Virus record (IMG/VR): IMGVR_UViG_3300031787_000001
Span: 222,786 to 286,785 of that record
Length of the DNA: 64,000 nt
Reading direction: 5' to 3' (one strand)
The notes below the pieces were generated by a model, which was not told where the DNA came from, did no database searches, and saw nothing but the letters and a program-made list of their open reading frames with translations. Below are positions 62,442-64,000 of this stretch, piece after piece. Every line of letters begins with the position of its first letter. The stretch's first letter is position 1. Position numbers and translations under genes: made by a program.

Positions 62442-62813
62442 TTACTCTAATGTTAACAAATATTTCATTTTTTGAACTAAACCTAATATTTCATCCCTTA
62501 AATTCAACAAATTTGTATCTTCAGGATCTATTTGTGAGGTCATTTGTTTCAATGCCTGACATATTGCTTCCGCCATTTCCATTGGTTTAGCCTCTGATAA
62601 ATTAATTAAATTTATATTTTTTGTTTCATCATCAAGTTTAAATCTACCGTATTGACCCATTGCCTGTTCAACAAATTCATCCATTAAATCATCCAATTGT
62701 TCTCTAATTTTTGCAAACGATTCGTGTCTGGCGATACTTTTAGTCTGCCAATGAAAAATCTTTAATTGTGCATGTAATCCTATAAATAAATTTATATTAG
62801 AATTTATATTCAT
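62442..62813 (-). CDS. Dps/ferritin-like four-helix protein (DUF5856-like)
   Basis: KIFHWQTKSIARHE...LDDLMDEFVE, LLNLRDEILG..KMKYLLTL. Confidence 0.78.
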   Translation of the reverse strand: MNINSNINLFIGLHAQLKIFHWQTKSIARHESFAKIREQLDDLMDEFVEQAMGQYGRFKLDDETKNINLINLSEAKPMEMAEAICQALKQMTSQIDPEDTNLLNLRDEILGLVQKMKYLLTLE

Positions 62814-63444
62814 CTTCTTGTTGATCGGGGTTAAAAGATTGTCTTATTGCATCGGTTGAATAACTTTCAACATCACTTTTTGTTAAAACATATTCATTTT
62901 TACCTGATGCCCTCATTTGATCTTGTTTATTAGCGAAAAATTGTTGTGGATTTTGATTAAATGGATACGAATCTAACGAACGCATTTCAAGTCTTTCTTG
63001 TGGAGTTTTTTCTTTCAATGTTTCCATTTTAGAATCCAATTTATTTATTCTATCCATCACCATATCCATTTGTGATAATTTTTGTTCTAAATCAGTTAAT
63101 TTAGAAAAAACATCATCCATTTTATTTATGACAGATGAATTGTCTTGTTTTCTATCTTCTAATTCTTTTTTAACACTTTTGGTCATATTAACCAAATCAG
63201 TTATATCAATTTCTTCCGTATCTGTAGTCGGAGCGGGTCCTGCAGCATCAGTTGGTGCCCCTCCCGCTGCGGAGTCTGGAGGAGGTATTGCACCGGGTGG
63301 TGGTGCACCCGCATCAGGAGGTGGGGGTGCCCCCATATCACCTGGTGGGGGAGGTGGAACGTCTTGTTCCATTATTAATTTATTTGCGTATCTATTGATA
63401 CTCCTAAAACGTTCTAATTCTTCTTGTATTGTATTTTTTGCCAT
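62797..63444 (-). CDS. Pro-rich coiled-coil protein, putative head scaffold/internal protein
   Basis: IMEQ followed by poly-Pro repeats and a coiled coil. Confidence 0.6.
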   Translation of the reverse strand: MAKNTIQEELERFRSINRYANKLIMEQDVPPPPPGDMGAPPPPDAGAPPPGAIPPPDSAAGGAPTDAAGPAPTTDTEEIDITDLVNMTKSVKKELEDRKQDNSSVINKMDDVFSKLTDLEQKLSQMDMVMDRINKLDSKMETLKEKTPQERLEMRSLDSYPFNQNPQQFFANKQDQMRASGKNEYVLTKSDVESYSTDAIRQSFNPDQQEDEYKF

Positions 63445-63448
63445 AGTA

Positions 63449-63652
63449 TTAATCTTGTAATAATTGTCTACCGTCTTCGGTAATATATTTTTTATTTATT
63501 CTTTCTACTATACCATCTTTAGATCTTATCACATAACATTCTCCTGTTTGTAAATCACACTCTTCTCTTTCCATACCATCACTAGATACATTTTTGATAG
63601 TTTTTGGATTTAAAAATTGATCCATTGTTTTGTTTAATTTTGAATTATCCAT
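63449..63652 (-). CDS. Hypothetical protein
   Basis: 67 aa with CDLQTGEC; TATTTATA upstream. Confidence 0.65.
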   Translation of the reverse strand: MDNSKLNKTMDQFLNPKTIKNVSSDGMEREECDLQTGECYVIRSKDGIVERINKKYITEDGRQLLQD

Positions 63653-63690
63653 AACTTTTTATTATAAATATTCTAAAAACTTGAATATTC

Positions 63691-63999
63691 TCAATATAGT
63701 TTAAAATAAACAATATCTCCATCAATTAGTCCCAAATCCCTCATTAGTTTATCTGACATACAAATACCGTATCCTTGTAATAATGGACCCACATGTACAG
63801 GTCCGGTTACTTTTTTAACTGTGGAATTTAAATCATATGATGGTGATACAAATACTTCTTTATTATTTTTAGGATTTATAAATTTAGCATTTGCGGTAAT
63901 AATTTTAGATCCACTAATAACATTAGGTGTTTGAAATCTAGTACCATAAAAATATGAAGTACTACTACTATCTTTTATTTCACCCCATAATAATGGTTT
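63691..63999 (-). CDS. C-terminal part of a protein entering from the right edge
   Basis: Open frame KPLLWGEIKD...LMRDLGLIDGDIVYFKLY* with TGA at 63691-63693. Confidence 0.7.
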   Translation of the reverse strand, partial: KPLLWGEIKDSSSTSYFYGTRFQTPNVISGSKIITANAKFINPKNNKEVFVSPSYDLNSTVKKVTGPVHVGPLLQGYGICMSDKLMRDLGLIDGDIVYFKLY

Positions 64000-64000
64000 T

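Overview
AT-rich, densely coding segment of a large tailed-phage genome (jumbo/T4-like myovirus), translated in the standard code. Almost all genes lie on the minus strand; only a two-gene unit at about 8.8-9.6 kb is on plus. In transcription order (64 kb to 1) it holds: (1) a replication/recombination block: Dps-like protein, gp32-like SSB, UvsX/RecA, 5'-3' exonuclease, DnaB/gp41 helicase, class II (B12) ribonucleotide reductase and DUF5522; (2) a ~29-kb baseplate/tail block: gp25, gp6 and many large modular Cys-rich, Pro-Thr-linker proteins; (3) a nuclease block: RuvC, primase, PD-(D/E)XK nuclease, Mre11/Rad50; (4) ClpP, a sigma70 factor and a putative envelope/lysis group; (5) putative internal head proteins; (6) an Hc1 histone-like protein, Dam methylase, NusG, AAA ATPase, thioredoxin and glutaredoxin; (7) tail-fibre-like genes. 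Hc1, TAnnTTTG promoter boxes, lack of obvious Shine-Dalgarno sequences and D-S/T glycosylation sequons point to a Bacteroidota host (inference). Best leads: a pervasive [S/T]-G-x-T motif confined to outer virion proteins (candidate modification sequon); an A10 slippery site whose -1 frame adds 151 aa to a membrane protein; two GC-rich candidate structured RNAs; a 27-aa ORF resembling a tail-tube C-terminus; a perfect 42-bp repeat heading two diverged tandem paralogs; and an inverted T4-type TATTTATA motif upstream of late genes. All family calls come from motif recognition, not database searches.
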